Assembly: GCA_964016885.1 (NCBI GenBank)
Contig: OZ024743.1
Location: 139,252,001 to 139,316,000, forward strand
Origin: Eledone cirrhosa
Lineage: Eukaryota
Length of the DNA stretch: 64,000 bases
Direction: 5' to 3'
Position numbers and translations under genes: made by a program. This document shows, one piece after another, positions 36,901 to 48,670 of this stretch; position 1 is the stretch's first letter; each line of letters begins with the position of its first letter. The notes below the pieces were generated by a model. That model saw only the letters and a program-made list of their open reading frames with translations. It did not search any database and was not told the origin of the DNA.

Positions 36901-38355
36901 TGGAGTTTGGTGCTTGGTGTTTGGTGCTTCGGTCTTGGTGTTTGGTGTTTGGTGATTGCTGCTTGGTGCTTGGTGTTTGGTGCTTGGTGCTTGGTGATTA
37001 GTGTTTGGTGATTGGTGCTTGGGGTTTGCTGTTTGGTGCTTGGTGTTTGGTGCTTGGTGCTTGCTGTTTGGTGTTTGGTGTTTGGTTCTTGGTGCTTGGT
37101 GTTTGGTGTTTGGTGTCTGGTGCTTGGTGCTTGGTGCTTGGTGTTTGGTGCTTGGTGCTTGGTGCTCGGTGCTTGGTGTTTGGTGCTTGGTGTTTGATGC
37201 TGCGTGCTTGGTGTTTGGTGTTTGGTGCTTGGTGCTTGGTGTTTGGTGTTTGGAGCTTGGTTCCTGCTGCTTGTTGTTTGGTGTTTGGTGCTTGGTGCTT
37301 GGTGTTTGGTGTTTGGTGCTTGGTGTTTGGTGCTTGGTATCTGGTGTTTGGTGCTTGATGTTTGGTGTTTGGTGCTTGGTGCTTGGTGCTTGGTGTTTGG
37401 TGTTTGGTGCTTGGTGCTTGGTGTTTGGTGCTTGGTGTTTGGTGTTTGGTGTTTGATGCTTGGTGTTTGCTGCTTGGTGCTTGGTGCTTGGTGTTTTGTG
37501 TTTGGTGCTTGGTGCCTGGTGCCTGGTGCTTGGTGCTTGGTGCTTGTTGTTTGGTGCTTGGTGCTTGGTGATTAGTGTTTGGTGCTTGGTGCTTGCGGTT
37601 TGATGCTTGGTGCCTGGGGTTTGGTGTTTGGTGCTTGGTGCTTCGTGTTTGATGTTTGGTCCTTGGTGCTTGGTGTTTGGTGTTTGGTGCTTGGTGCTTG
37701 GTGTTTGGTGTTTGGTGCTTGCTGCTTGCTGCTTGGTGTTTGGTGCTTGGTGATTGGTGCTTGGTGTTTTGTGCTTGGTGCTTGGTGTTTGGTGTTTGGT
37801 GCTAGGGGCTTGGTGCTTGGTGCTTGGTGTTTGGTGCTTGGTGCTTGCTGTTTGGTGTTTGGTGCTTGGTGCTTGGTGCTTGGTGTTTGATCTTGGGTCC
37901 TTGGTGCATGGTGTTTGGTGTTTGGTGCTTGGTGCTTGGTGTTTGGTGCTTGGTGCTTGGTGTTTGGTGTTTGGTGGTTGGTGCTTGGGGCTTGGTGTTT
38001 GGTGCTTGGTGCTTGGTGTTTGGTGCTTTGTGCTTGGGGCTTGGTAGTTGGTGCTTGGTGCTTGGTGCCTGGTGTTTGGTGTTTGGTGTTTGGTGCTTGG
38101 TGTTTGGTGCTTGGTGCTTGGTGCTGGGTGGTTGGTGTTTGGTGCTTGGTGCTTGGTGTTTGGTGCTTGGTGCTTGGTGCTTGTTGTTTGGTGCTTGGTG
38201 CTTGGTGCTTGGTCTTTGGTGCATGGTGTTTGGTGTTTGGCGTTTGGTGCTTGGTGCTTGGTGTTTGGTGCTTGGTGCTTGGTGCTTGGTGTTTGGTGCT
38301 TGGTTCTTGGTGATTAGTGTTTGTTGCTTGGTGCTTGGGGTTTGGTGGTTGGTCC

Positions 38356-41300
38356 TTGGTGCTTGGTGTTTGGTGTTTGGTGTTTGGTGTTTGGTGTTTG
38401 CTGTTTGGTGTCTGCTTTTTGGTGTTTGGTGTTTGCTGTATGGTGTTTGCTGTTTCGTATTTGGTTTTTGCTGTTTGGTGTTTGGTGTTTGCTGTTTTGT
38501 GTTTGGTGTTTGGTGCTTGGTGCTTGGTGCTTGGTGTTTGGCGTTTGGTGCTTGGAGCTTGGTATTTGGTGCTTGGTGATTGGTGTTTGGTGTTTGGTGC
38601 TTGGTGCCTGGTGCTTGTTGTATGGTGTTTGGTGCTTGGTGCTTGGTGTTTGGTGTTTGCTGCTTGGTGTCTGGTGTTTGGTGCTTGGTGTTTGGTGTTT
38701 GGTGCTTGGTGCTTGGTGTTTAGTGTTTGGTGTTTGGTGCTTGGTGTTTGGTGTTTGGTGCTGGGTGCATGGAGTTTGGTGCTTGGTGCTTAGTGCTTGG
38801 TGTTTGGTGTATGGTGCTTGGTATTTGGTGTTTGGTGTTTGATGCTTGGTGTGTGGTGCTTGGTGCTTGGTGTTTTGTGTTTGGTGCTTGGTGCTTGGTG
38901 CCTGGTGCTTGGTGCTTGGTGCTTGTTGTTTGGTGCTTGGTGCTTGGTGATTAGTGTTTGGTGCTTGGTCCTTGGGGTTTGCTGTTTGGTGCGTGGTGCT
39001 TGGTATTTGGTGCTTGGTGCTTGGTGTTTGGTGTTTGGTGCTTGGAGTTTGGTGTTTGGTGCTTGGTGCTTGGTGCTTGGTGTTTGGTGCTTGGTGCTTG
39101 GTGTTTGGTGCTTGGTGCTTTGTGTTTGGTGCTTGGTGTTTGGTGCTTGGTGCTTGGTGCTTGGTGCTTGGTGTTAGGTGTTTGGTGCTTGGTGATTGGT
39201 GTTTGATGTTAGGTTCTTGGTGCTTGGTGTTTGGTGTTTGGTGCTTGGTGCTTGGTGTTTGGTGTTTGGTGCTTGGTGTTTTGTGTTTGGAGTTTGGTGC
39301 TTGGTGTTTGGTGCTTCGGTCTTGGTGTTTGGTGTTTGGTGCTTGGTGCTTGGTGTTTGGTGTTTGGTGCCTGGTGCTTGGTGTTTGGTGGTTGATGTTT
39401 GGTGTTTGGTGATTGGTGCTTGGTGTTTGGTGCTTGGTGCTTGGTGCTTGGTGCTTGGTGTTAGGCGTTTGGTGCTTGGTGCTTGGTGATTGATGTTTGG
39501 TCCTTGGTGCTTGGTGTTTGGTATTTGGTGCTTGGTGCTTGGTGCTTGGTGTTTGGTGTTTGGTGCTTGCTGCTGCTGCTTGGTGTTTGGAGCTAGGGGC
39601 TTGGTGCTTGGTGCTTGGTGTTTGGTGCTTGGTGCTTGGTGTTTGGTGTTTGGTGCTTGGTGCGTGGGACTTGGTGTTTGTTGCTTGGTGTTTGGTGTTT
39701 GGTGTTTGGTGCTTGGTGCCTGGTGCTTGGTGTTTGGTGTTTGGTGCTTGGTGTTTGGTGCTTGGGGTTTCGTGCTTGGTGTTCGGTGCTTGGTGCTTGG
39801 TGCTTGGTGCTTGGTGTTTGGTGTTTGGTGCTTGGTGCTTGGTGTTTGATGTTTGGTCCTTGGTGCTTGGTGTTCGGTGTTGTGTGCTTGGTGCTTGGTG
39901 CTTGGTGTTTGGTGCTTGGTGCTTGGTGCTTGGTGTTTGGCGTTTGCTGTTTGCTGTTTGGTGTTTGCTGTTTGCTGTTTGGTGTTTGCTGTTTGGTGTT
40001 TGGTGTTTGGTGCTTGCTGTTTGGTGCTTGGTGCTTGGTGCTTGGTGTTTGGTCCTTGGTGCTTGGAGCTTGGTCTTTGGTGCTTGGGTTTTGGTGTTTG
40101 GTGCTTGGTGCTTGGTGTTTGGTGCTTGGTGCTTGGTGCTTGGTGCTTAGTGTTTGGTGCTTGCTGCTTGGTGCTTGGTGTTTGGTGCTTGGTGCTTGGT
40201 GATTAGTGTTTGGTGATTGGTGCTTGGGGTTTGGTTTTTGGGGCTTGGTGTTTGGTGCTTAGTGCTTGCTGTTTGGTGTTTGGTGTTTGGTTCTTGGTGC
40301 TTGGTGTTTGGTGTTTGGTGTTTGGTGCTTGGTGCTTGGTGCTTGGTGTTTGGTGCTTGGTGCTTGGTGCTTGGTGTTTGGTGCTGCGTGCTTGGTGTTT
40401 GGTGTTTGGTGCTTGGTGCCTGGTGCTTGTTGTTTGGTGTTTGGTGCTTAGTGCTTGGTGTTTGGTGTTTGGTCCTTGGTGCTTGGTGGCTGGTGTTTGG
40501 TGCTTGGTGTTTGGAGTTTGGTGCTTGGTGCTTGGTGTCTGGTGTTTCGTGCTTGGTGCTTGGTGCTTGGTGTTTGGTGTTTGGTGCTTGGTGTTTGGTG
40601 CTTGGTGCTTGGTACTTGGTGCTTGGTGCTTGGTGCTTGGTGTTTGGTGCTTGGTGTTTGATGCTGCGTGCTTGGTGTTTGGTGTTTGGTGCTTGGTGCT
40701 TGGTGTTTGGTGTTTGGAGCTTGGTGCCTGGTGCTTGTTGTTTGGTGTTTGGCGCTTGGTGCTTGGTGTTTGGTGTTTGGTGCTTGATGTTTGGTGTTTG
40801 GTGCTTGGTGCTTGGTGCTTGGTATCTGGTGTTTGGTGTTTGATGCTTGGTGTTTGCTGCTTGGTGCTTGGTGCTTTGTGTTTTGTGTTTGGTGCTTGGT
40901 GCTTGGTGCCTGGTGCTTGGTGCTTGGTGCTTGTTGTCAGGTGCTTGGTGCTTGGTGATTAGTGTTTGGTGCTTGGTGCTTGCGGTATGGTGTTAGGTGC
41001 TTGGGGTTTGGTGTTTGGTGCTTGGTGCTTGGTGTTTGGTGCTTGGTGCTTGGTGCTTGGTGTTTGGTGCTTGGTGCTTGGTGTTTGGTGTTTGGTGCTT
41101 GGTGTTTGGTGTTTGGGGTTTGCTGTTTGCTGTTTGCTGTTTGGTGTTTGCTGTTTGGTGTTTGCTGTTTGGTGTTTGGTGTTTGGTGCTTGCTGTTTGG
41201 TGCTTGGTGCTTGGTGTTTGGTGTTTGGTGCTTGGTGTTTGGTGTTTGGTGCTTGGTGCTTGGTGTTTGGTGCTTGGTGTTTGGTGTTTGGTGTTTGATG

Positions 41301-44300
41301 CTTGGTGTTTGCTGCTTGGTTGTTGGTGCTTTGTGTTTTGTGTTTGGTGCTTGGTGCTTGGTGCCTGGTGCTTGGTGCTTGGTGCTTGTTGTCAGGTGCT
41401 TGGTGCTTGGTGATTAGTGTTTGGTGCTTGGTGCTTGCGGTATGGTGTTAGGTGCTTGGGGTTTGGTGTTTGGTGCTTGGTGCTTGGTGTTTGGTGCTTG
41501 GTGCTTGGTGCTTGGTGTTTGGTGCTTGGTGCTTGGTGTTTGGTGTTTGGTGCTTGGTGTTTGGTGTTTGGCGTTTGCTGTTTGCTGTTTGCTGTTTGGT
41601 GTTTGCTGTTTGGTGTTTGCTGTTTGGTGTTTGGTGTTTGGTGCTTGCTGTTTGGTGCTTGGTGCTTGGTGTTTGGTGTTTGGTGCTTGGTGCTTGGTGC
41701 TGGGTGTTTGGTGCTTGGTGCTTGGTGTTTGGTGCTTGGTGCTTGGTGCTTGGTCTTTGGTCCTTGGTGCTTGGTGCTTGGTCTTTGGTGCTTGGGTTTT
41801 GGTGTTTGGTGCTTGGTGCTTGGTGTCTGGTGCTTGGTTCTTGGTGCTTGGTGCTTGGTGTTTGGTGATTGCTGCTTGGTGCTTGGTGTTTGGTGTTTGG
41901 TGTTTGGTGTTTGGTGTTTGCTGTTTGGTGTCTGCTTTTTGGTGTTTGGTGTTTGCTGTATGGTGTTTGCTGTTTCGTATTTGGTTTTTGCTGTTTGGTG
42001 TTTGGTGTTTGCTGTTTTGTGTTTGGTGTTTGGTGCTTGGTGCTTGGTGCTTGGTGTTTGGCGTTTGGTGCTTGGAGCTTGGTATTTGGTGCTTGGTGAT
42101 TGGTGTTTGGTGTTTGGTGCTTGGTGCCTGGTGCTTGTTGTATGGTGTTTGGTGCTTGGTGCTTGGTGTTTGGTGTTTGCTGCTTGGTGTCTGGTGTTTG
42201 GTGCTTGGTGTTTGGTGTTTGGTGCTTGGTGCTTGGTGTTTAGTGTTTGGTGTTTGGTGCTTGGTGTTTGGTGTTTGGTGCTGGGTGCATGGAGTTTGGT
42301 GCTTGGTGCTTAGTGCTTGGTGTTTGGTGTATGGTGCTTGGTATTTGGTGATTGGTGTTTGATGCTTGGTGTGTGGTGCTTGGTGCTTGGTGTTTTGTGT
42401 TTGGTGCTTGGTGCTTGGTGCCTGGTGCTTGGTGCTTGGTGCTTGTTGTTTGGTGCTTGGTGCTTGGTGATTAGTGTTTGGTGCTTGGTCCTTGGGGTTT
42501 GCTGTTTGGTGCGTGGTGCTTGGTATTTGGTGCTTGGTGCTTGGTGTTTGGTGTTTGGTGCTTGGAGTTTGGTGTTTGGTGCTTGGTGCTTGGTGCTTGG
42601 TGTTTGGTGCTTGGTGCTTGGTGTTTGGTGCTTGGTGCTTTGTGTTTGGTGCTTGGTGTTTGGTGCTTGGTGCTTGGTGCTTGGTGCTTGGTGTTAGGTG
42701 TTTGGTGCTTGGTGATTGGTGTTTGATGTTAGGTTCTTGGTGCTTGGTGTTTGGTGTTTGGTGCTTGGTGCTTGGTGTTTGGTGTTTGGTGCTTGGTGTT
42801 TTGTGTTTGGAGTTTGGTGCTTGGTGTTTGGTGCTTCGGTCTTGGTGTTTGGTGTTTGGTGCTTGGTGCTTGGTGTTTGGTGTTTGGTGCCTGGTGCTTG
42901 GTGTTTGGTGGTTGATGTTTGGTGTTTGGTGATTGGTGCTTGGTGTTTGGTGCTTGGTGCTTGGTGCTTGGTGCTTGGTGTTAGGCGTTTGGTGCTTGGT
43001 GCTTGGTGATTGATGTTTGGTCCTTGGTGCTTGGTGTTTGGTATTTGGTGCTTGGTGCTTGGTGCTTGGTGTTTGGTGTTTGGTGCTTGCTGCTGCTGCT
43101 TGGTGTTTGGAGCTAGGGGCTTGGTGCTTGGTGCTTGGTGTTTGGTGCTTGGTGCTTGGTGTTTGGTGTTTGGTGCTTGGTGCGTGGGACTTGGTGTTTG
43201 TTGCTTGGTGTTTGGTGTTTGGTGTTTGGTGCTTGGTGCCTGGTGCTTGGTGTTTGGTGTTTGGTGCTTGGTGTTTGGTGCTTGGGGTTTCGTGCTTGGT
43301 GTTCGGTGCTTGGTGCTTGGTGCTTGGTGCTTGGTGTTTGGTGTTTGGTGCTTGGTGCTTGGTGTTTGATGTTTGGTCCTTGGTGCTTGGTGTTCGGTGT
43401 TGTGTGCTTGGTGCTTGGTGCTTGGTGTTTGGTGCTTGGTGCTTGGTGCTTGGTGTTTGGCGTTTGCTGTTTGCTGTTTGGTGTTTGCTGTTTGCTGTTT
43501 GGTGTTTGCTGTTTGGTGTTTGGTGTTTGGTGCTTGCTGTTTGGTGCTTGGTGCTTGGTGCTTGGTGTTTGGTCCTTGGTGCTTGGAGCTTGGTCTTTGG
43601 TGCTTGGGTTTTGGTGTTTGGTGCTTGGTGCTTGGTGTTTGGTGCTTGGTGCTTGGTGCTTGGTGCTTAGTGTTTGGTGCTTGCTGCTTGGTGCTTGGTG
43701 TTTGGTGCTTGGTGCTTGGTGATTAGTGTTTGGTGATTGGTGCTTGGGGTTTGGTTTTTGGGGCTTGGTGTTTGGTGCTTAGTGCTTGCTGTTTGGTGTT
43801 TGGTGTTTGGTTCTTGGTGCTTGGTGTTTGGTGTTTGGTGTTTGGTGCTTGGTGCTTGGTGCTTGGTGTTTGGTGCTTGGTGCTTGGTGCTTGGTGTTTG
43901 GTGCTGCGTGCTTGGTGTTTGGTGTTTGGTGCTTGGTGCCTGGTGCTTGTTGTTTGGTGTTTGGTGCTTAGTGCTTGGTGTTTGGTGTTTGGTCCTTGGT
44001 GCTTGGTGGCTGGTGTTTGGTGCTTGGTGTTTGGAGTTTGGTGCTTGGTGCTTGGTGTCTGGTGTTTCGTGCTTGGTGCTTGGTGCTTGGTGTTTGGTGT
44101 TTGGTGCTTGGTGTTTGGTGCTTGGTGCTTGGTACTTGGTGCTTGGTGCTTGGTGCTTGGTGTTTGGTGCTTGGTGTTTGATGCTGCGTGCTTGGTGTTT
44201 GGTGTTTGGTGCTTGGTGCTTGGTGTTTGGTGTTTGGAGCTTGGTGCCTGGTGCTTGTTGTTTGGTGTTTGGCGCTTGGTGCTTGGTGTTTGGTGTTTGG

Positions 44301-45395
44301 TGCTTGATGTTTGGTGTTTGGTGCTTGGTGCTTGGTGCTTGGTATCTGGTGTTTGGTGTTTGATGCTTGGTGTTTGCTGCTTGGTGCTTGGTGCTTTGTG
44401 TTTTGTGTTTGGTGCTTGGTGCTTGGTGCCTGGTGCTTGGTGCTTGGTGCTTGTTGTCAGGTGCTTGGTGCTTGGTGATTAGTGTTTGGTGCTTGGTGCT
44501 TGCGGTATGGTGTTAGGTGCTTGGGGTTTGGTGTTTGGTGCTTGGTGCTTGGTGTTTGGTGCTTGGTGCTTGGTGCTTGGTGTTTGGTGCTTGGTGCTTG
44601 GTGTTTGGTGTTTGGTGCTTGGTGTTTGGTGTTTGGGGTTTGCTGTTTGCTGTTTGCTGTTTGGTGTTTGCTGTTTGGTGTTTGCTGTTTGGTGTTTGGT
44701 GTTTGGTGCTTGCTGTTTGGTGCTTGGTGCTTGGTGTTTGGTGTTTGGTGCTTGGTGTTTGGTGTTTGGTGCTTGGTGCTTGGTGTTTGGTGCTTGGTGT
44801 TTGGTGTTTGGTGTTTGATGCTTGGTGTTTGCTGCTTGGTTGTTGGTGCTTTGTGTTTTGTGTTTGGTGCTTGGTGCTTGGTGCCTGGTGCTTGGTGCTT
44901 GGTGCTTGTTGTCAGGTGCTTGGTGCTTGGTGATTAGTGTTTGGTGCTTGGTGCTTGCGGTATGGTGTTAGGTGCTTGGGGTTTGGTGTTTGGTGCTTGG
45001 TGCTTGGTGTTTGGTGCTTGGTGCTTGGTGCTTGGTGTTTGGTGCTTGGTGCTTGGTGTTTGGTGTTTGGTGCTTGGTGTTTGGTGTTTGGCGTTTGCTG
45101 TTTGCTGTTTGCTGTTTGGTGTTTGCTGTTTGGTGTTTGCTGTTTGGTGTTTGGTGTTTGGTGCTTGCTGTTTGGTGCTTGGTGCTTGGTGTTTGGTGTT
45201 TGGTGCTTGGTGCTTGGTGCTGGGTGTTTGGTGCTTGGTGCTTGGTGTTTGGTGCTTGGTGCTTGGTGCTTGGTCTTTGGTCCTTGGTGCTTGGTGCTTG
45301 GTCTTTGGTGCTTGGGTTTTGGTGTTTGGTGCTTGGTGCTTGGTGTCTGGTGCTTGGTTCTTGGTGCTTGGTGCTTGGTGTTTGGTGATTGCTGC
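38356..45395 (+). repeat. Near-identical tandem duplication, period 3,520 bp
   Basis: Constant offset of 3,520 (38797/42317, 39490/43010, 40210/43730, 41417/44937). Private variants in both copies are ATGGTGC (38811/42331), TTGGGGT-TTGCTGT (41113/44633) and TTGGTCT-TTGGTCC (41750/45270). The junction is at about 41876. Confidence 0.92.
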
Positions 45396-48300
45396 TTGGT
45401 GCTTGGTGTTTGGTGCTTGGTGCTTGGTGATTAGTGTTTGGTGATTGGTGCTTGGGGTTTGCTGTTTGGTGCTTGGTGTTTGGTGCTTGGTGCTTGCTGT
45501 TTGGTGTTTGGTGTTTGGTTCCTGGTGCTTGGTTTTTGGTGTTTGGTGTTTGGTGCTTGGTGCTTGGTGCTTGGTGTTTGGTGCTTGGTGCTTGGTGCTT
45601 GCTCTTTGGTGCTGCGTGCTTGGTGTTTGGTGTTTGGTGCTTGGTGCCTGGTGCTTGTTGTTTGGTGTTTGGTGCTTAGTGCTTGGTGTTTGGAGTTTGG
45701 TGCTGGGTGCTTGGTGCCTGGTGTTTCGTGCTTGGTGCTTGGTGCTTGGTGTTTGGTGTTTGGTGCTTGGTGTTTGGTGTTTGGTATTTGGTGCTTGGTG
45801 CTTGGTGCTTGGTGTTTGGTGCTTGGTGTTTGATGCTGCGTGCTTGGTGTTTGGTGTTTGGTGCTTGGTGCTTGGTGTTTGGTGTTTGGAGCTTGGTGCC
45901 TGCTGCTTGTTGTTTGGTGTTTGGTGCTTGCTGCTTGGTGTTTGGTGTTTGGTGCTTGGTGCTTGGTGCTTGGTATCTGGTGTTTGGTGCTTGATGTTTG
46001 GTGTTTGGTGCTTGGTGCTTGGTGTTTGGTGTTTGGTGCTTGGTGCTTGGTGTTTGGTGCTTGGTGTTTGGTGTTTGGTGTTTGATGCTTGGTGTTTGCT
46101 GCTTGGTGCTTGGTGCTTGGTGTTTTGTGTTTGGTGCTTGGTGCTTGGTGCCTGGTGCTTGGTGCTTGGTGCTTGATGTTTGGTGCTTGGTGCTTGGTGA
46201 TTAGTGTTTGGTGCTTTGTGCTTGGTGTTTGGTGCTTGGTGCTTGGGGCTTGGTATTTGGTGCTTGGTGCTTGGTGCCTGGTGTTTGGTGTTTGGTATTT
46301 GGTGCTTGGTCTTTGGTGCTTGGTGCTTGGTGCTGGGTGGTTGGTGTTTGGTGCTTGGTGCTTGGTGTTTGGTGCTTGGTGCTTGGTGCTTGTTGTTTGG
46401 TGCTTGGTGCTTGGTGCTTGGTCTTTGGTGCATGGTGTTTGGTGTTTGGTGCTTTGTGCTTGGTGCTTGGTGTTTGGTGCTTGGTGCTTGGTGCTTGGTG
46501 TTTGGTGCTTGGTGCTTGGTGATTAGTGTTTGTTGCTTGGTGCTTGGGGTTTGGTGGTTGGTGCTTGGTGCTTGGTGTTTGGTGTTTTGTGTTTGGTGTT
46601 TGCTGTTTGCTGTTTGCTGTCTGCTTTTTGGTGTTTGGTGTTTGCTGTATGGTGTTTGCTGTTTCGTATTTGGTTTTTGCTGTTTGGTGTTTGGTGTTTG
46701 CTCTTTGGTGTTTGGTGTTTGGTGTTTGGTGCTTGGTGCTTGGTGCTTGGTGTTTGGTGCTTGGTGCTTGGTGTTTGGTGTTTGGTGCCTGGTGCTTGTT
46801 GTATGGTGTTTGGTGCTTGGTGCTTGGTGTTTGCTGTTTGCTGCTTGGTGTCTGGTGTTTGGTGCTTGGTGTTTGGTGTTTGGTGCTTGGTGATTAGTGT
46901 TTGGTGATTGGTGCTTGGGGTTTGGTGTTTGGGGCTTGGTGTTTGGTGCTTGGTGCTTGCTGTTTGGTGTTTGGTGTTTGGTGCTTGGTGCTTGGTGATT
47001 GGTGTTTGATGTTAGGTTCTTGGTGCTTGGTGTTTGGTGTTTGGTGCTTGGTGCTTGGTGTTTGGTGTTTGGTGCTTGGTGTTTTGTGTTTGGAGTTTGG
47101 TGCTTGGTGTTTGGTGCTTCGGTCTTGGTGTTTGGTGTTTGGTGCTTGGTGCTTGGTGTTTGGTGTTTGGTGCCTGGTGCTTGGTGTTTGGTGGTTGATG
47201 TTTGGTGTTTGGTGATCGGTGCTTGGTGTTTGGTGCTTGGTGCTTGGTGCTTGGTGCTTGGTGTTAGGCGTTTGGTGCTTGGTGCTTGGTGATTGATGTT
47301 TGGTCCTTGGTGCTTGGTATTTGGTATTTGGTGCGTGGTGCTTGGTGCTAGGTGTTTGGTGTTTGGTGCTTGCTGCTGCTGCTTGGTGTTTGGAGCTAGG
47401 GGCTTGGTGCTTGGTGCTTGGTGTTTGGTGCTTGGTGCTTGGTGTTTGGTGTTTGGTGCTTGGTGCGTGGGACTTGGTGTTTGTTGCTTGGTGTTTGGTG
47501 TTTGGTGTTTGGTGCTTGGTGCCTGGTGCTTGGTGTTTGGTGTTTGGTGCTTGGTGTTTGGTGCTTGGGGTTTCGTGCTTGGTGTTCGGTGCTTGGTGCT
47601 TGGTGCTTGGTGCTTGGTGTTTGGTGTTTGGTGCTTGGTGCTTGGTGTTTGATGTTTGGTCCTTGGTGCTTGGTGTTTGGTGTTGTGTGCTTGGTGCTTG
47701 GTGCTTGGTGTTTGGTGCTTGGTGCTTGGTGCTTGGTGTTTGGCGTTTGCTGTTTGCTGTTTGGTGTTTGCTGTTTGCTGTTTGGTGTTTGCTGTTTGGT
47801 GTTTGGTGTTTGGTGCTTGCTGTTTGGTGCTTGGTGCTTGGTGTTTGGTGTTTGGTGCTTGGTGTTTGGTGATTGGTGCTTGGTGCTGGGTGTTTGGTGC
47901 TTGGTGCTTGGTGTTTGGTGTTTGGTGCTTGGTGCTTGGTGCTTGGTGTTTGGTCCTTGGTGCTTGGAGCTTGGTCTTTGGTGCTTGGGTTTTGGTGTTT
48001 GGTGCTTGGTGCTTGGTGTTTGGTGCTTGGTGCTTGGTGCTTGGTGCTTGGTGTTTGGTGCTTGCTGCTTGGTGCTTGGTGTTTGGTGCTTGGTGCTTGG
48101 TGATTAGTGTTTGGTGATTGGTGCTTGGGGTTTGGTTTTTGGGGCTTGGTGTTTGGTGCTTGGTGCTTGCTGTTTGGTGTTTGGTGTTTGGTTCTTGGTG
48201 CTTGGTGTTTGGTGTTTGGTGTTTGGTGCTTGGTGCTTGGTGCTTGGTGTTTGGTGCTTGGTGCTTGGTGCTTGGTGTTTGGTGCTGCATGCTTGGTGTT

Positions 48301-48670
48301 TGGTGTTTGGTGCCTGGTGCTTGTTGTTTGGTGTTTGGTGTTTGGTGCTTAGTGCTTGGTGTTTGGTGTTTGGTCCTTGGTGCTTGGTGGCTGGTGTTTG
48401 GTGCTTGGTGTTTGGAGTTTGGTGCTTGGTGCTTGGTGCCTGGTGTTTCGTGCTTGGTGCTTGGTGCTTGGTGTTTGGTGTTTGGTGCTTGGTGTTTGGT
48501 GTTTGGTGCTCGGTACTTGGTGCTTGGTGCTTGGTGCTTGGTGTTTGGTGCTTGGTGTTTGATGCTGCGTGCTTGGTGTTTGGTGTTTGGTGCTTGGTGC
48601 TTGGTGTTTGGTGTTTGGAGCTTGGTGCCTGGTGCTTGTTGTTTGGTGTTTGGCGCTTGGTGCTTGGTGT

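Larger units (their letters stand above)
26291..48670 (+). repeat. HOR sub-family B domain (markers GGGACTTGG, TTGCTGCTGCTGC, TTGTCAGG, TGCGGTATGG), with an A-type segment at ~35.9-39.0 kb
   Basis: GGGACTTGG at 26901, 30743, 35117, 39666, 43186 and 47469, each 99 bp after a 13-bp TTGCTGCTGCTGC tract. GGGACATAG is absent from this interval. Confidence 0.85.

Noticed and set aside
44934-48290. Long minus-strand ORFs resembling mucin or Pol II CTD-like heptad proteins
   Set aside because: Openness follows from the rarity of A on the + strand. There is no non-repetitive N- or C-terminus and no preferred frame, and the DNA period is 7, not 21.
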